This document shows, in pieces, positions 34,875 through 45,340 of a stretch of DNA of 64,000 nucleotides (within the stretch, counting starts at the first letter, position 1; every line of letters begins with the position of its first letter). The translations under genes and the position numbers were made by a program. The stretch comes from an uncultured Acidobacteriota bacterium (GTDB lineage Bacteria; Acidobacteriota; Vicinamibacteria; Vicinamibacterales; 2-12-FULL-66-21), in contig CAVTIL010000011.1 in the NCBI GenBank assembly GCA_963734695.1, positions 158,144-222,143 of the forward strand, given 5' to 3'. The notes under the pieces were generated by a model. It was not told where the DNA came from, made no database searches, and worked only from the letters and a program-made list of their open reading frames with translations.

Positions 34875-37709
34875 TCAGCGAAGCGTCGCCAGAATGGCGC
34901 GCACGTCGGTGATCAGCACGTCGCTCGGATTGAACGTCTGGCCGTTTACTGTGCACGTTGAACCGATGTGCTTGCCGCTCTGCGCGAGGAGTTGATTGAG
35001 GAGCGAATTCAGCGTGTTGATCGCCTGCTGAATCTGTCCGGCATCGATTTCCTGTTGAGCCTCCGTCAGCTTGTTGATCAGCGCGCCGCTGATGCCAGAA
35101 TTGTCGATGCAGCCCGCCGCCGTCAGATCGTCGATCACGGTCGACGTTCCGTTGCTCGACGCCCGCACCGTCAGCTGGAGCGGGACCGAATGCGTCAGCA
35201 GCCCGGAGGTTCCGGTGACATTCAGGCTGAACGTGCCGGGCGTGGTGGCCAACCCCGGCTTGACGGTGATCACTGAGGACGCCGAGCTCCCCGGAGACGG
35301 TGCCACCGGCTCCGGATTGAATGTTGCGGTGACACCCGAGGCACCGGATACGCTCAGCGTCACCCCCGCATTGAATTCGTCAATCGAATTCGCCGTGACA
35401 GACGATGTGCCCGATCCACCGACGTCAGCGGTAATCGAGGCGACTGGATTCAAGGAGAAGTTCCCAATTGGCACCGCCGCCACAAAGGCGTCAGTGAGGA
35501 ACCGGCCGCCGCCGAATGTTGTCTGAATGGCGTCTGGCGTGTGCGGAAAATCAGTGGAAAAGGTTACCCCAGAGAGGTGCGCATTCCCTACGCCATCCAG
35601 GGCGATAGCCAGCGCGCCGTCTTCGTCACTGCCCCCGAGATAGCTCGCGTAGACCAGGTCGGACTGTCCTCCCCCCGCGGGATTCAACTTCACCACGAAG
35701 CCATCGCACAGATTGCCACTCGCAAATGCGGGACCCGCAAACGACCGCTGAAAGGCATCGCTGGTAACGGGAAAATCCTTCGAGCAGGTGTCGCCGGCGA
35801 CGTAGATATTGCCGGACGGTCCCACGGCGACGGCGAGGGCTTTCTCCCCTTGCAACGCGTGGGTTTCGCTGCTGTTGCCTCCAAGGAACGTCGAGTACAG
35901 CAGGTCGTCGGTACCCTTGCCGGCAGGCTTCAGCTTTGTGACGAAGGCGCTCAGGACAGCAGCGCCTGCGTCATCCGTGTCGGGGCTTCGCGAGGTTTGA
36001 AACGCGCCTGACGTGGTGGGAAAGTTGGCGGAGTCGGTCGTCCCGCTCACATACATGTTGCCGTCGCCGTCCACAGCCACCACTGGTAGAGAGTGCGTGC
36101 CTTCGCCGAATCGGCCGCCCAGGTAGGTGGAATAGAGGAGTGAACTCGAGCCCGACTTCGTCATGTCGAGCTTGACCGCGAATGCGTCGCTGAAGCCGGC
36201 GTTCGAGGTCTGGAATGCTCCATCCGTTGTCGGGAAGTCATCTCCTGTGGTCAAGCCGGACACGTACACCTTGTTCAACGCGTCCACGGCAATTCCCGTA
36301 GCATCTTCGACCCCGTCATCGCCTCCAAGGAGTGTCGAGTAGAGCAGATCGGACGATCCTCCGCCTGCAGGATGGAGCTTGACGGCAAAGCCATCGCAGT
36401 GATCCTGGGTGCTCCGGAAGCCGTTCTTGGTCGGAAAGTCGCTCGTGCAGGTCACGCCTGCCACGTACGCATCGCCCGCGGAGTCCACGGCGATGCCGAA
36501 CCCTTCATCGCCGGATGACGCCGAATTCTCCTGGCCACCGAGATAGGAGGAGTAAAGCTCTCCGCCGTTGGAATCGAGCTTGGTCACGAACGCGTCGCAG
36601 TCGCCCGCCAGCGAGGTCTGAAATGCACCGCTCGTTTGCGGAAAATCTGGCGAACAGGTCGATCCCGTGATATACGCGTCGCCGAAACCGTCCAACGCGA
36701 CCGAGCTGGCCCTGTCGTCTTCGCTGCCGCCCAACACAGAGGAATAGACCACCGCGGTGCCGGTGGAATTAATCTTGGTCACCGTCGCATCGCATCCGGT
36801 GTTGAGTGTTATGCACGTAAACCCCGACACGTACAAATTGCCGGAAGCGTCTACGGCAATGCCCGTCGCTGCATCATCGCCGCTGCCTCCGAGGTAGGTG
36901 GAGTAGGACAGCACGGGATCGATGATCAAGGGCTGGGTCTGGTCATACGTGCCGACCTGGAAGCCGACGCGGTTTCCCGTCAGGAGGACGAAGCGGCCAT
37001 CCACGTGTCGCCGTCCGCGCGCCGGGTCTGCTTGATACACGACGGGCTTGAAGAGCCGCAGGTCTCCGCCCGCTGCCTGGATCACCAGGTCGCCGGTTGC
37101 GTCGACCCGCACGCCGGCAGGCTTCGATGCGAGGCTCTTGTGTTTCGAATCCGCCGTCTCCAGCGAAAGCTGGATGGCACTCGGATCGGCGCCCGGCGCC
37201 ACGATGAAGTCGTACTCCAGGTGCTGCTGGTTCCCGTAAAACACCAGGTCAATGCCGGGATAGACGCCGTCGTACTTGACCTTGGCGTAGTTCGGGACGT
37301 TGGCGCGCCACGTCCGAGGATCCTTGCCGATGAAGTAGTTGCTCGTGCCCGAAAGTTTGTCGAGCCCATTCACGTCAGCGGCTCGATTCCCTCCGATTAG
37401 TTTCATCTGGACCAGGTCAGTGGCTGAGGACCTTCGCAACAACAGCGCGGCCTCGTTGCCGCCGAGCATGAGCGTGTATCCCCTGCCCCGTGAAATGAAC
37501 TTCGTCGCGGGGTCCGCCTGACCTTCGTTCGGCTCGAAGGCCAGAGGCAACCTGACGAACCCGGCCGAAATCTTCGAATCCGCTTTCGGTTTCGACGCCG
37601 ATGCGGGACGTTCCGGTGCTCCCTGAGAGGCAGACAGCGCCACGGCAATAGTTGCGATAGGTACCAGCGGAAATACTAGTGAGAAAACTCGACGCGTCGA
37701 GGTGTTCAT
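34875..37709 (-). CDS. large secreted SBBP (beta-propeller) repeat protein with C-terminal helical domain
   Basis: 944 aa with the signal peptide MNTSTRRVFSLVFPLVPIATIAVALSA. It has at least 8 repeats of YSTYLGG..D.A.GIAVD..GN.YV.G.T.S.DFPTT.GAFQ. Ig-like segments follow. The C-terminus DNSGISGALINKLTEAQQEIDAGQIQQAINTLNSLLNQLLAQSGKHI resembles a FIMAH-type helical hairpin (from memory). Confidence 0.8.
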   Translation of the reverse strand: MNTSTRRVFSLVFPLVPIATIAVALSASQGAPERPASASKPKADSKISAGFVRLPLAFEPNEGQADPATKFISRGRGYTLMLGGNEAALLLRRSSATDLVQMKLIGGNRAADVNGLDKLSGTSNYFIGKDPRTWRANVPNYAKVKYDGVYPGIDLVFYGNQQHLEYDFIVAPGADPSAIQLSLETADSKHKSLASKPAGVRVDATGDLVIQAAGGDLRLFKPVVYQADPARGRRHVDGRFVLLTGNRVGFQVGTYDQTQPLIIDPVLSYSTYLGGSGDDAATGIAVDASGNLYVSGFTCITLNTGCDATVTKINSTGTAVVYSSVLGGSEDDRASSVALDGFGDAYITGSTCSPDFPQTSGAFQTSLAGDCDAFVTKLDSNGGELYSSYLGGQENSASSGDEGFGIAVDSAGDAYVAGVTCTSDFPTKNGFRSTQDHCDGFAVKLHPAGGGSSDLLYSTLLGGDDGVEDATGIAVDALNKVYVSGLTTGDDFPTTDGAFQTSNAGFSDAFAVKLDMTKSGSSSLLYSTYLGGRFGEGTHSLPVVAVDGDGNMYVSGTTDSANFPTTSGAFQTSRSPDTDDAGAAVLSAFVTKLKPAGKGTDDLLYSTFLGGNSSETHALQGEKALAVAVGPSGNIYVAGDTCSKDFPVTSDAFQRSFAGPAFASGNLCDGFVVKLNPAGGGQSDLVYASYLGGSDEDGALAIALDGVGNAHLSGVTFSTDFPHTPDAIQTTFGGGRFLTDAFVAAVPIGNFSLNPVASITADVGGSGTSSVTANSIDEFNAGVTLSVSGASGVTATFNPEPVAPSPGSSASSVITVKPGLATTPGTFSLNVTGTSGLLTHSVPLQLTVRASSNGTSTVIDDLTAAGCIDNSGISGALINKLTEAQQEIDAGQIQQAINTLNSLLNQLLAQSGKHIGSTCTVNGQTFNPSDVLITDVRAILATLR

Positions 37710-37904
37710 CTGACCTCCATGTTTGTCGGGACATGGGTCTCGCTTCCCGCGAACACACGGGCGGACCCTCGCCTGATAGGGTGGCCTACTGAAATCCTTT
37801 CCGACCCCCGTGACTCAGGACTCGTCGGAAGAGCGGCAAGGCGATAACCGCAGTGCCCGGTGCACCTCACACTCCAGAAACTCCGCCGACTTTTCGAAAC
37901 AGGC

Positions 37905-37955
37905 TAGAAAGCTGTCTCATAAACCTGCCGCTGATCCAAGATGCGAGCGAGCCGT
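37905..37955 (-). repeat. partial copy (tail module) of the intergenic mosaic repeat
   Basis: tagaaagctgtctcataaacctgccgctgatccaagatgcgagcgagccgt matches 25337..25385. Confidence 0.75.
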
Positions 37956-37969
37956 CCTTGGAGTTTGCG

Positions 37970-39166
37970 ATGAACACCGCCGGTGAGCTCGAGCCGCGTT
38001 GTTGCGCGGTGCTGGAATTGCGACAGTACACCCTGAAACCCGGGCGGCGCGACGCGCTGATCGACATCTTCGACCGCCATTTCATCGAATCCCAGGAAGC
38101 GCTGGGCATGTCGGTGGTCGGTCAGTTTCGCGATCGGCGGCGACCGGATCGATTCGTGTGGCTGCGTGGATTCTCCGACATGGAGAGCCGCCGGAACGCA
38201 CTCGCGGCGTTCTACGACGGACCGATTTGGGGCGCTCACAAGGCCAAAGCAAACGACACGATGCTGGATTCGGATAACGTGCTCTTGCTCAAGCCCGCGC
38301 GGCCGGACCTGGCGTTCCGAATGAACATACGCGCTGAAGGAATCACGCAGCCTGGCGCCGGACCTCTAACGGTACTCGCGGGGATCTATCAGATGACGCA
38401 GCCACTTGACGCAACGCTCGTCTCGGACTTCGAGCATCAGGTTGCGCCGATCCTGCAGTCGAATGGCGTGCGCATCGAGGGCGTCTTCATCACCGAGCCG
38501 GCGCCCAACACGTACCCGAGGTTACCCGTCCGCGAAGGCGAGCATGTGTTGGTCTGGTTTGGCATCCCGAAGGATCGGGTGATCTCGTCAGAGTGGCTGG
38601 ATCGCCTCGCCCTCACGACCAGTCTCGGCAACCAGCAGGCCTCGCTTCTGGAGCTGGAACCAACCTCGCGCTCGGTTCTAGGCCGGGGCGCGGCAGCGGC
38701 GCGCGCGTCGAAACACGATTTCGATTTCGTGTTCGGATCGTGGAAGGTTCACAACCGATTTCTCAACGGTCGTTTGCGCCAGTCCACCGAGTGGCTCGAA
38801 TTCGACGCGCGCTCGGACGTGCGGCCATTGCTCGACGGTTTCGGCCACCTGGATTGCTACAGCACCGTCCGTGATGGCGAGCCCTTCGAAGGCCTTACGC
38901 TGCGGCTGTTCGATCCCGCCACGGGCGAGTGGTTGATCCACTGGGCGGATTCCCGGCGCGCCCACCGGCTTTTGCCGCCGATGGTCGGGAGGTTCACGGG
39001 CGACGTCGGCGAGTTCTTCGGCGGCGAGACCGTGGATGGCAAGGACGTCCTCTGCAGGTTTCTCTGGACTCGAGCCGCGGGATTGCCTCGATGGGAGCAG
39101 GCATTCTCCGATGACGGCGGCACGACCTGGGAGACGAACTGGATCATGACGTTCACCCGGTCTTGA
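37970..39166 (+). CDS. NIPSNAP-domain protein fused to a C-terminal domain of unknown function
   Basis: The start is MNTAGELEPR (37970). VLELRQYTLKPGRRDALIDIFDRHFIESQE..FVWLRGF is NIPSNAP-like. The C-terminal half reads DFDFVFGSWKVHNRFL...WETNWIMTFTRS. Confidence 0.55.
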   Translation: MNTAGELEPRCCAVLELRQYTLKPGRRDALIDIFDRHFIESQEALGMSVVGQFRDRRRPDRFVWLRGFSDMESRRNALAAFYDGPIWGAHKAKANDTMLDSDNVLLLKPARPDLAFRMNIRAEGITQPGAGPLTVLAGIYQMTQPLDATLVSDFEHQVAPILQSNGVRIEGVFITEPAPNTYPRLPVREGEHVLVWFGIPKDRVISSEWLDRLALTTSLGNQQASLLELEPTSRSVLGRGAAAARASKHDFDFVFGSWKVHNRFLNGRLRQSTEWLEFDARSDVRPLLDGFGHLDCYSTVRDGEPFEGLTLRLFDPATGEWLIHWADSRRAHRLLPPMVGRFTGDVGEFFGGETVDGKDVLCRFLWTRAAGLPRWEQAFSDDGGTTWETNWIMTFTRS

Positions 39167-39200
39167 CCCTGATGACGCGCCGTCAAAGTCGACCTCGCAG

Positions 39201-42200
39201 TCACTTCGCCGACGAATGGAACGAGGTCTCCACACGTGAGGCTTCACGGCCAGCTGACGCCGCCAACCATGCAGACCACCGCTCTTCGACCCAGGAGTAC
39301 AGGACGGGCAACACCACCAACGTCAGGATCGTAGACGTGACCAGCCCGCCGATCACGACGGTCGCGAGCGGACGTTGAACTTCGGAACCGGGACTCGTCG
39401 AGATCGCCATCGGGATGAAGCCAAAGCTCGCGACAAGGGCTGTCATCAGCACCGGTCGCAACCTGACCTCCGAGCCTTCCCGGACTGCGTCCGGAAGTGC
39501 CCGGCCCTGCTCCCGCAACTGGTTGATGTAGGCCAGGAGCACCACGCCGTTCAGCACCGCCACCCCGAACAGCGCGATGAATCCGACGGCGGCGCTCAGA
39601 TTCAGGTGCAGCCCGCGCAGCCACAGCGCGGCGATCCCGCCGACAATCGCGAATGGCACATTCGTCATCACGAGGAGTGCCTGGCGAATGACTCCGAAAC
39701 TGCCGTACAGGAACCCCGCGATGAGGAGCAGAACGATCGGGACGATGACACGCAACCGCTTCATCGCACGCTCCTGGTTTTCGAACTGGCCACCGTAGGT
39801 CACGAAATACCCCTCCGGCATCTGCACTCTGGCGCCGACCGCGCGCTGCACGTCCTGGGCGAAGCCTCCGAGGTCGCGTCCCCGGACGTTGCTTTGCACA
39901 ATTACCAGGCGTTCAGCGTTCTCATGGTTGATGAGCTCCGGGCCTTCCACCACGTTGACCGCCGCGACCTGGGACAGCGCAATCTTTCCCCCTGCGGGCG
40001 TGGTCAGCACCAGCCGGCCGATCGCATCCGGGGTTCCACGATAGGCGTCGGCTAGCCGGACAACGACGGGAAACCGTTTGCGGCCGTCGATGATCTCGGT
40101 GACTTCACGTCCGCCAACGCCGCTCTCGACGGCTGCACGGACATCCGAAATGTTCAGTCCATACCGGGCGAGCTTTGTCCGATCGATCGCCAGCTCGACC
40201 TGCATAGCCCCCGCGCTCACATCGACCGAAACGTCTGCCGCACCACGGACGGCCAGGATGACGTCGCGGATTTCTGCGGCCTTCCTTTCGAGCACGGCGA
40301 GGTCGTCCCCGAAGACCTTCACGCCGAGCTCGGTCCGAACCCCGGAAATGGCCTCGTCAAGCCGCATCGCCATTGGCGCCGTGAAATTGTAGTCGATGCC
40401 CGGGATCTGTTTCAGGACGCCATCCATCTTCTCAATCAGCGCGTCGTTGGATGTCACACGCCACTGGTTCCGAGGTCTCAAGATCACGTAGACATCGCCG
40501 GCATATAAGCCCATCGTCTCGGTCGCGAGCTCCGGACGGCCCATCTTCGTCACGATACTCTGCACCTCCGGCAACGCCATCAACGTGCGCTCGACCTCTC
40601 TCGCAATCTGCATTCCCTGCGGGAGCGACGTGCTCGGCAATCGGCGGGTCTCAATCAGCATCGATCCTTCGTCGAGCTTCGGCATGAACTCGGTCCCGAG
40701 GTACGGGACCGACGCGACGGACATCGCCAACAGGACCACGGCCGTGAGAACTACCACGGCCCGGTGTTGAAGGCTCCAATCGAGCGTCGAACGATAGCGG
40801 CGTCTGACAGCTTCGAACCAGCGCGACGGCTTCTCCGATACGTGAGTCAGCAGGAACGACGACAGCATCGGAATGTACGTCAGTGCCAGGCCAAGTGAGC
40901 CGACGACGGCGACACAAACCGTGATGGCCATCGGCGTGAACATCCGGCCCTCCAGCCCCTGCAGCGAGAAGATCGGCAGATACACCGCGATGATGATGAA
41001 CACGCCAAACACGATCGGACGCCCGACCTCCATGGCCGCGTCCCGGATGAGAGCACGGCGCGGGTCGGGTGCGAGGTGGCCGGAGTGCTCGAGCCGCCGC
41101 ACGAAGTTCTCGACCATGACGACGGAGGCGTCCACCAGCAGTCCGAAATCAAGCGCGCCGAGGCTCATGAGGTTCGCGGAAATGCCGGCGCGCTCCATTA
41201 TCAGGAAAGCGAAGAGCAGCGACAGCGGAATGACCGACGCCGTGATGAGCGACGCGCGCAGGTTGCGCAGGAAGACGAACAGGATGAGCGTGACCAGGAG
41301 TCCGCCTTCGAGCAGGTTCTTGAAGACCGTATGCGTGGTGCGATCGACGACCTCTCCCTGGTTATAAAAGGGACGAATGGTCACGCCCGCCGGCATCAAC
41401 GTCCGGACTTCCTCGAGGCGCTCCTCGACCAGGCTGACGACTTCTTTGCCGTTGGCGCCTTTCAGCATGACGATCATGCCGGAGAGCGTTTCGCCGCGCC
41501 CTTCACGCGAGACAGCGCCCTCGCGCGGCATCGGCCCGGCCGCGACCGACGCGACGTCGTGGACGTAGATCGGAGTGCCACTCCGCGTCGCAATCACCAC
41601 GTTGCCAACGTCGATCTCGTTCGCGAGACGGCCGAGACCGCGAATCGTGAACCGCTCGCCCTGCGTCTCAATATAGCCGGCGCCGAAGTTTCCATTGTTG
41701 GCGGCGAGTGCACGCTCGATGTCCTGGAACGCCAGGTCATACCCGGCGAGACGAACCGGATCGACGTCGACGTGATACTGCTGCACCATGCCGCCCCACG
41801 AGTTGACATCCGCGACCCCCGGCAACGTGCGCAACTGCGGTTTGATGATGTACTCCTGGATGTTCTTGAGTTCCATCAGCGACACCGAGTCCGACTCGAC
41901 GAGATACTGAAAGACCTCTCCCATTGGCGTCGCCGGAGGTCCGAGCGTTGGGCGGAGGCCGTCGGGGAGCCCGGACACGTCCTGCATCCGCTGCTGGACC
42001 TGCGCACGCGCGAAGTACATGTCCACGTCGTCGTCGTAGGAGATCGTGACGACCGAGATGCCGGCTTTCGAGATCGACCGGACACCCTGGGTGCGCGGCA
42101 GGCCCATCATTGCGGCTTCCATCGGGTAGCTCACCAGGTTCTCGACCTCGTTGGGTGAGAGTCCCGGTGCGACGATAATGACCTGGACCTGGTTTGGCGT

Positions 42201-42326
42201 CAGGTCCGGGAACGCGTCCACGTTGATGTTGGCGAGCGCCCAACTGCCCATGCCGATGAGCAGCAGCGTGATGGTGACGACGGCGAGCCGGAACCGGATC
42301 GCGGCGGAAATGATCGCGTCAATCAT
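39201..42326 (-). CDS. CusA/CzcA-family heavy-metal RND efflux pump
   Basis: 1041 aa with 12-TM RND topology. The N-terminus MIDAIISAAIRFRLAVVTITLLLIGMG and the overall pattern are typical of HME-RND. Confidence 0.9.
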   Translation of the reverse strand: MIDAIISAAIRFRLAVVTITLLLIGMGSWALANINVDAFPDLTPNQVQVIIVAPGLSPNEVENLVSYPMEAAMMGLPRTQGVRSISKAGISVVTISYDDDVDMYFARAQVQQRMQDVSGLPDGLRPTLGPPATPMGEVFQYLVESDSVSLMELKNIQEYIIKPQLRTLPGVADVNSWGGMVQQYHVDVDPVRLAGYDLAFQDIERALAANNGNFGAGYIETQGERFTIRGLGRLANEIDVGNVVIATRSGTPIYVHDVASVAAGPMPREGAVSREGRGETLSGMIVMLKGANGKEVVSLVEERLEEVRTLMPAGVTIRPFYNQGEVVDRTTHTVFKNLLEGGLLVTLILFVFLRNLRASLITASVIPLSLLFAFLIMERAGISANLMSLGALDFGLLVDASVVMVENFVRRLEHSGHLAPDPRRALIRDAAMEVGRPIVFGVFIIIAVYLPIFSLQGLEGRMFTPMAITVCVAVVGSLGLALTYIPMLSSFLLTHVSEKPSRWFEAVRRRYRSTLDWSLQHRAVVVLTAVVLLAMSVASVPYLGTEFMPKLDEGSMLIETRRLPSTSLPQGMQIAREVERTLMALPEVQSIVTKMGRPELATETMGLYAGDVYVILRPRNQWRVTSNDALIEKMDGVLKQIPGIDYNFTAPMAMRLDEAISGVRTELGVKVFGDDLAVLERKAAEIRDVILAVRGAADVSVDVSAGAMQVELAIDRTKLARYGLNISDVRAAVESGVGGREVTEIIDGRKRFPVVVRLADAYRGTPDAIGRLVLTTPAGGKIALSQVAAVNVVEGPELINHENAERLVIVQSNVRGRDLGGFAQDVQRAVGARVQMPEGYFVTYGGQFENQERAMKRLRVIVPIVLLLIAGFLYGSFGVIRQALLVMTNVPFAIVGGIAALWLRGLHLNLSAAVGFIALFGVAVLNGVVLLAYINQLREQGRALPDAVREGSEVRLRPVLMTALVASFGFIPMAISTSPGSEVQRPLATVVIGGLVTSTILTLVVLPVLYSWVEERWSAWLAASAGREASRVETSFHSSAK

Positions 42327-42337
42327 TGTTGTACCCG

Positions 42338-43530
42338 TTAACCTTCCGCCATCTTGCCGCGGGCAAATTCAGACTTCACGGCAAACGCCCCGTCCACCAC
42401 GATCAAGTCCCCGGGTTGAACGCCCTTCAAGAGCACCGTGCGGCCACCCTGCTTCGGTCCGATTTCGACGTCGCGACGGGTGAAGACCGCGCCGCCGCTG
42501 GTGTCCGGCTTCACCACAAAGACCACTGGCTTTTCGTCGAGCAGTTGGACGGCGGCGTCCGGCACGGTAACGACCGCTGCGGTTGTCCCTTCGACCCAGA
42601 CGGCCGCAAACATCCCCGGCTTCAGCTTCCCGCCGGCTGTGTGCGCGACGGCGCGCACCGGCAAGGTGCGCGTCTCCGAGTCGAAGGCGGCGCCGACGCT
42701 CTCGATTCGAGCGTCGAATTTTTCGTCGCCGTATGCCGGAACCGTGAACTCGACCCGTTGCGCTCGCTTCAACGCTGCGGCGACGCTTTCGGTCGCCGCG
42801 ATCTCCAGCCAGAGCGACGAGGCATCGGTGATGGCGACGAGCAATGTCCCCGGATCGACGACCGAGCCCGGCACCGCGTCGCGACCCACGACGACCCCGC
42901 GGCCGGGGCGCGCAACACCACGTCACTGCCCGAGCCTGCACCGTACTCCCGAAGAGCGGCTTGGGTGCGATCGACGTCGGCCTGCGCCTGCGAGCGCGCC
43001 GCTTCCGCGAGCTGCTCGTCGTTGCGGGCGCGCTCGACCTCCTGCGCCGAAATGGCCTTGAGCTCCAACAGCCGCTCGGCGCGCTCGCGCGCGCGTCTCG
43101 CGAAGTTGACCGCGGTCGCACGCGAGTTCAGCTCGGCGATCGCCTTCGCCTCGTCGGCGCGCGCGGATGCGGCCCCGGGACTTCGGAGGGAGACGAGCGG
43201 CTGGCCGCGGGTGACACGGTCACCCAATTTCACGTGGACCGCCACGATACGACCCTGAAGAGGCGCGCTCAGACGCGTCGTGCGATCGTCGTCGGGAACC
43301 AGCCGTCCGGGCAGTTCCGTGCGGCTGCCGACCGAATCCGACGTCGCCGCGGACCATTTGACGCCGCCGTGCGTGACCTGATCGGGCGTGAACGTGACGG
43401 TTGTCGCGTTCGAGGGCGGCACTCGCTTCTTTTCTTCGACTGGCGGCGCAGAAGAACCACAGGCTGGGCACGTGGAAACCACGGCAGCGACCAGCAGCGC
43501 GCGCGTAACTGTTGTCTTCATGGTGGTCAT
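42338..43530 (-). pseudogene. RND periplasmic adaptor (membrane fusion protein), one frameshift
   Basis: ORFs 42769..43530 and 42338..42889 join at ..GSDVVLRAPAAG|VVVGRDAVPGSVVDPG.., with about 1 nt missing near 42897 at CCGCGG. Lipoyl/hairpin/beta-barrel adaptor motifs include GRIVAVHVKLGDRVTRGQPL. Confidence 0.8.
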
Positions 43531-44813
43531 TTCGTCCTGTTCTGCAGCGGTTCGTCGCCCGACGCGATCGCCAGCTCAATCAGACTCGCGCGCGCGGCGA
43601 AGGCGGCCCGGAAATAGGTGATTCGTGCGTCCGACAACGTTCGGGTCGCGTCGAGAACCTGGAGCAACGTCGCGCCACCCTCCTGGTAGGCAGCCAGAGT
43701 AAGGCGGTGCAGGTCCCCCGCCCTTTCCACGAACGTTTTCGGAGATCCGCTCAGCGCAGCCGACAGCCGCTGCACAGCCTGGTACGCAGACTCGACTTCG
43801 GTGTCGATGGCACGCGTGAGTGCCTCCATCTCCCGTTCGGCCGCGATGCGATCGGCCGTCACGCGTTGCACTTCGCCTGTATTGCGATCGAAGATCGGGA
43901 TCGGCAAGCTGATCCCGGCAATCAGTGAACTGGTTCCAGCGGACTGCTTGACTCCAAGAGTCGCACCCAGCTGGCGCACGACGAGGTGGCGCTGATATTC
44001 AGTCTCCTCGGCGGCGGCCTGGATACGCGCGCGAGCGGCGGTCAGCTCGGGCCGCCGACTCCGCGCGAGGGCCAGAAGGGAAGAGAGCGCGGGCATCGGC
44101 CCGTCAGGCAGGAGCTCTGCCGGAGCGGTCGAAACACGGAGAGCCGTCAGATCTGCTGGCGCACGACTGCCCAGAAAAGGATGCAACTCCACCCGGGCGC
44201 GCGCCAGCTCGGCGTCCGCGACGGCCGAGTCAAGAACAGCACGGTCACTTTCGATCTGCACTCGCATGAGCTCCACTTCCGCAGTCGCCCCCTGAGAGAC
44301 GCGTGCGCGGTTCGTACTCCACGAGCCGATCGAGCGCCGCGCGATTTTCTGAAACTGTTTCCAGCGCGATCTGCGCGAGTGCCACGCGGAAGAAGGCCCT
44401 GGCGGCGTCGAGCGAGAGTTGCCGCTGGATGGCGGTGACCTCTGCGTGCGCGACCGCGAGGTCCTGGTCCGCAGCGCGGACCCGTGCCGGCCGCTGAAAC
44501 AGGGGTTCGAGTGGAATCGTCGCGTACGCCGAGGATTCACGGTCCAGTCCCGGCGGCGCACCGCGCAACGGGAACGCAGAGTTCTCAACCCAGTACGTGA
44601 AAACAGGGTTCGTCCAAGTCCCGGCGGTCCGACGCGCGCCCGCGGCGGCGTCAGCCCGGGCCTGCGCGGCCTGCACCTGTGGGTGGCTCACCGCGACCGC
44701 CTCGACGATTTCCTCGAGCGTCCATTCATGACCTGGCGGCGATTGCCCTGACTGTGCGAACAGGGCATGCGGTACGACCATGAGGGCAAGAAGAAGACAC
44801 CCCGAGACAGCAT
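43527..44813 (-). pseudogene. TolC/CzcC-like outer membrane efflux protein, two frameshifts
   Basis: The ATG at 44813 (GGAGG upstream) gives MLSRGVFFL|ALMVVPHALFAQS, with a shift at about 44787. A second shift at about 44310 gives ..ALDRLVEY|NRARVSQGATAEVELMRVQ.. OEP-type repeats continue to 43527. Confidence 0.75.
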
Positions 44814-44920
44814 CAGCCTCACGACCTCCTCCACAGAAAGTGGGTGGACACGAGAACGGACGCGTATGCAGCGGACTACTGCAGCCGCGCAGACGCGTAC
44901 CGATGAGATTCGAAGGTTAG

Positions 44921-45331
44921 CTAGACCGGGAGCGGAGGTCCGCGCAGGGCGCGCGGCGCGAGTGGAGGCCCGTGGTCGGGGCGCAGTCGGACAGAAGGCA
45001 GCGGCGCTCCCCGGCGCAGCGGGGGTGTCTCACGCCAGGCACGCAGTGCTGCCGCGCAGACGGAAAGGATGAACGGTCGCCCGGCGAGAGCCGCCTCCTG
45101 TAGATCCTGGTGATCGTCGTGATCACGGAGATAGGAGCCGGTGGAGCTTGGCGCTGCGGAAACATGTCGATGGACGACTGCCGTCTGACGCCCGTGGTGG
45201 GCGTAGTGCACGTGTTCCGTCGGCAGCAACGCACTGCCGGGAAGTGCCAGGAGCGCTACAACAGCAACCGCTTTGCCGAATCGGGTTCGTGTCAACCGGG
45301 CGATTATGCCGCACTCGGCGGCCGGTAGCAA
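44921..45331 (-). CDS. small exported His-rich protein (hypothetical; possible metal-binding accessory protein)
   Basis: The TTG start lies 10 nt after the ADOP stop. A signal-like segment FGKAVAVVALLALPGSA is followed by EHVHYAHHGRQTAVVHRHV..DHDDHQD. The C-terminal Pro/Arg-rich part may be out of frame. Confidence 0.3.
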   Translation of the reverse strand: MLPAAECGIIARLTRTRFGKAVAVVALLALPGSALLPTEHVHYAHHGRQTAVVHRHVSAAPSSTGSYLRDHDDHQDLQEAALAGRPFILSVCAAALRAWRETPPLRRGAPLPSVRLRPDHGPPLAPRALRGPPLPV

Positions 45332-45340
45332 AGGTGGACC

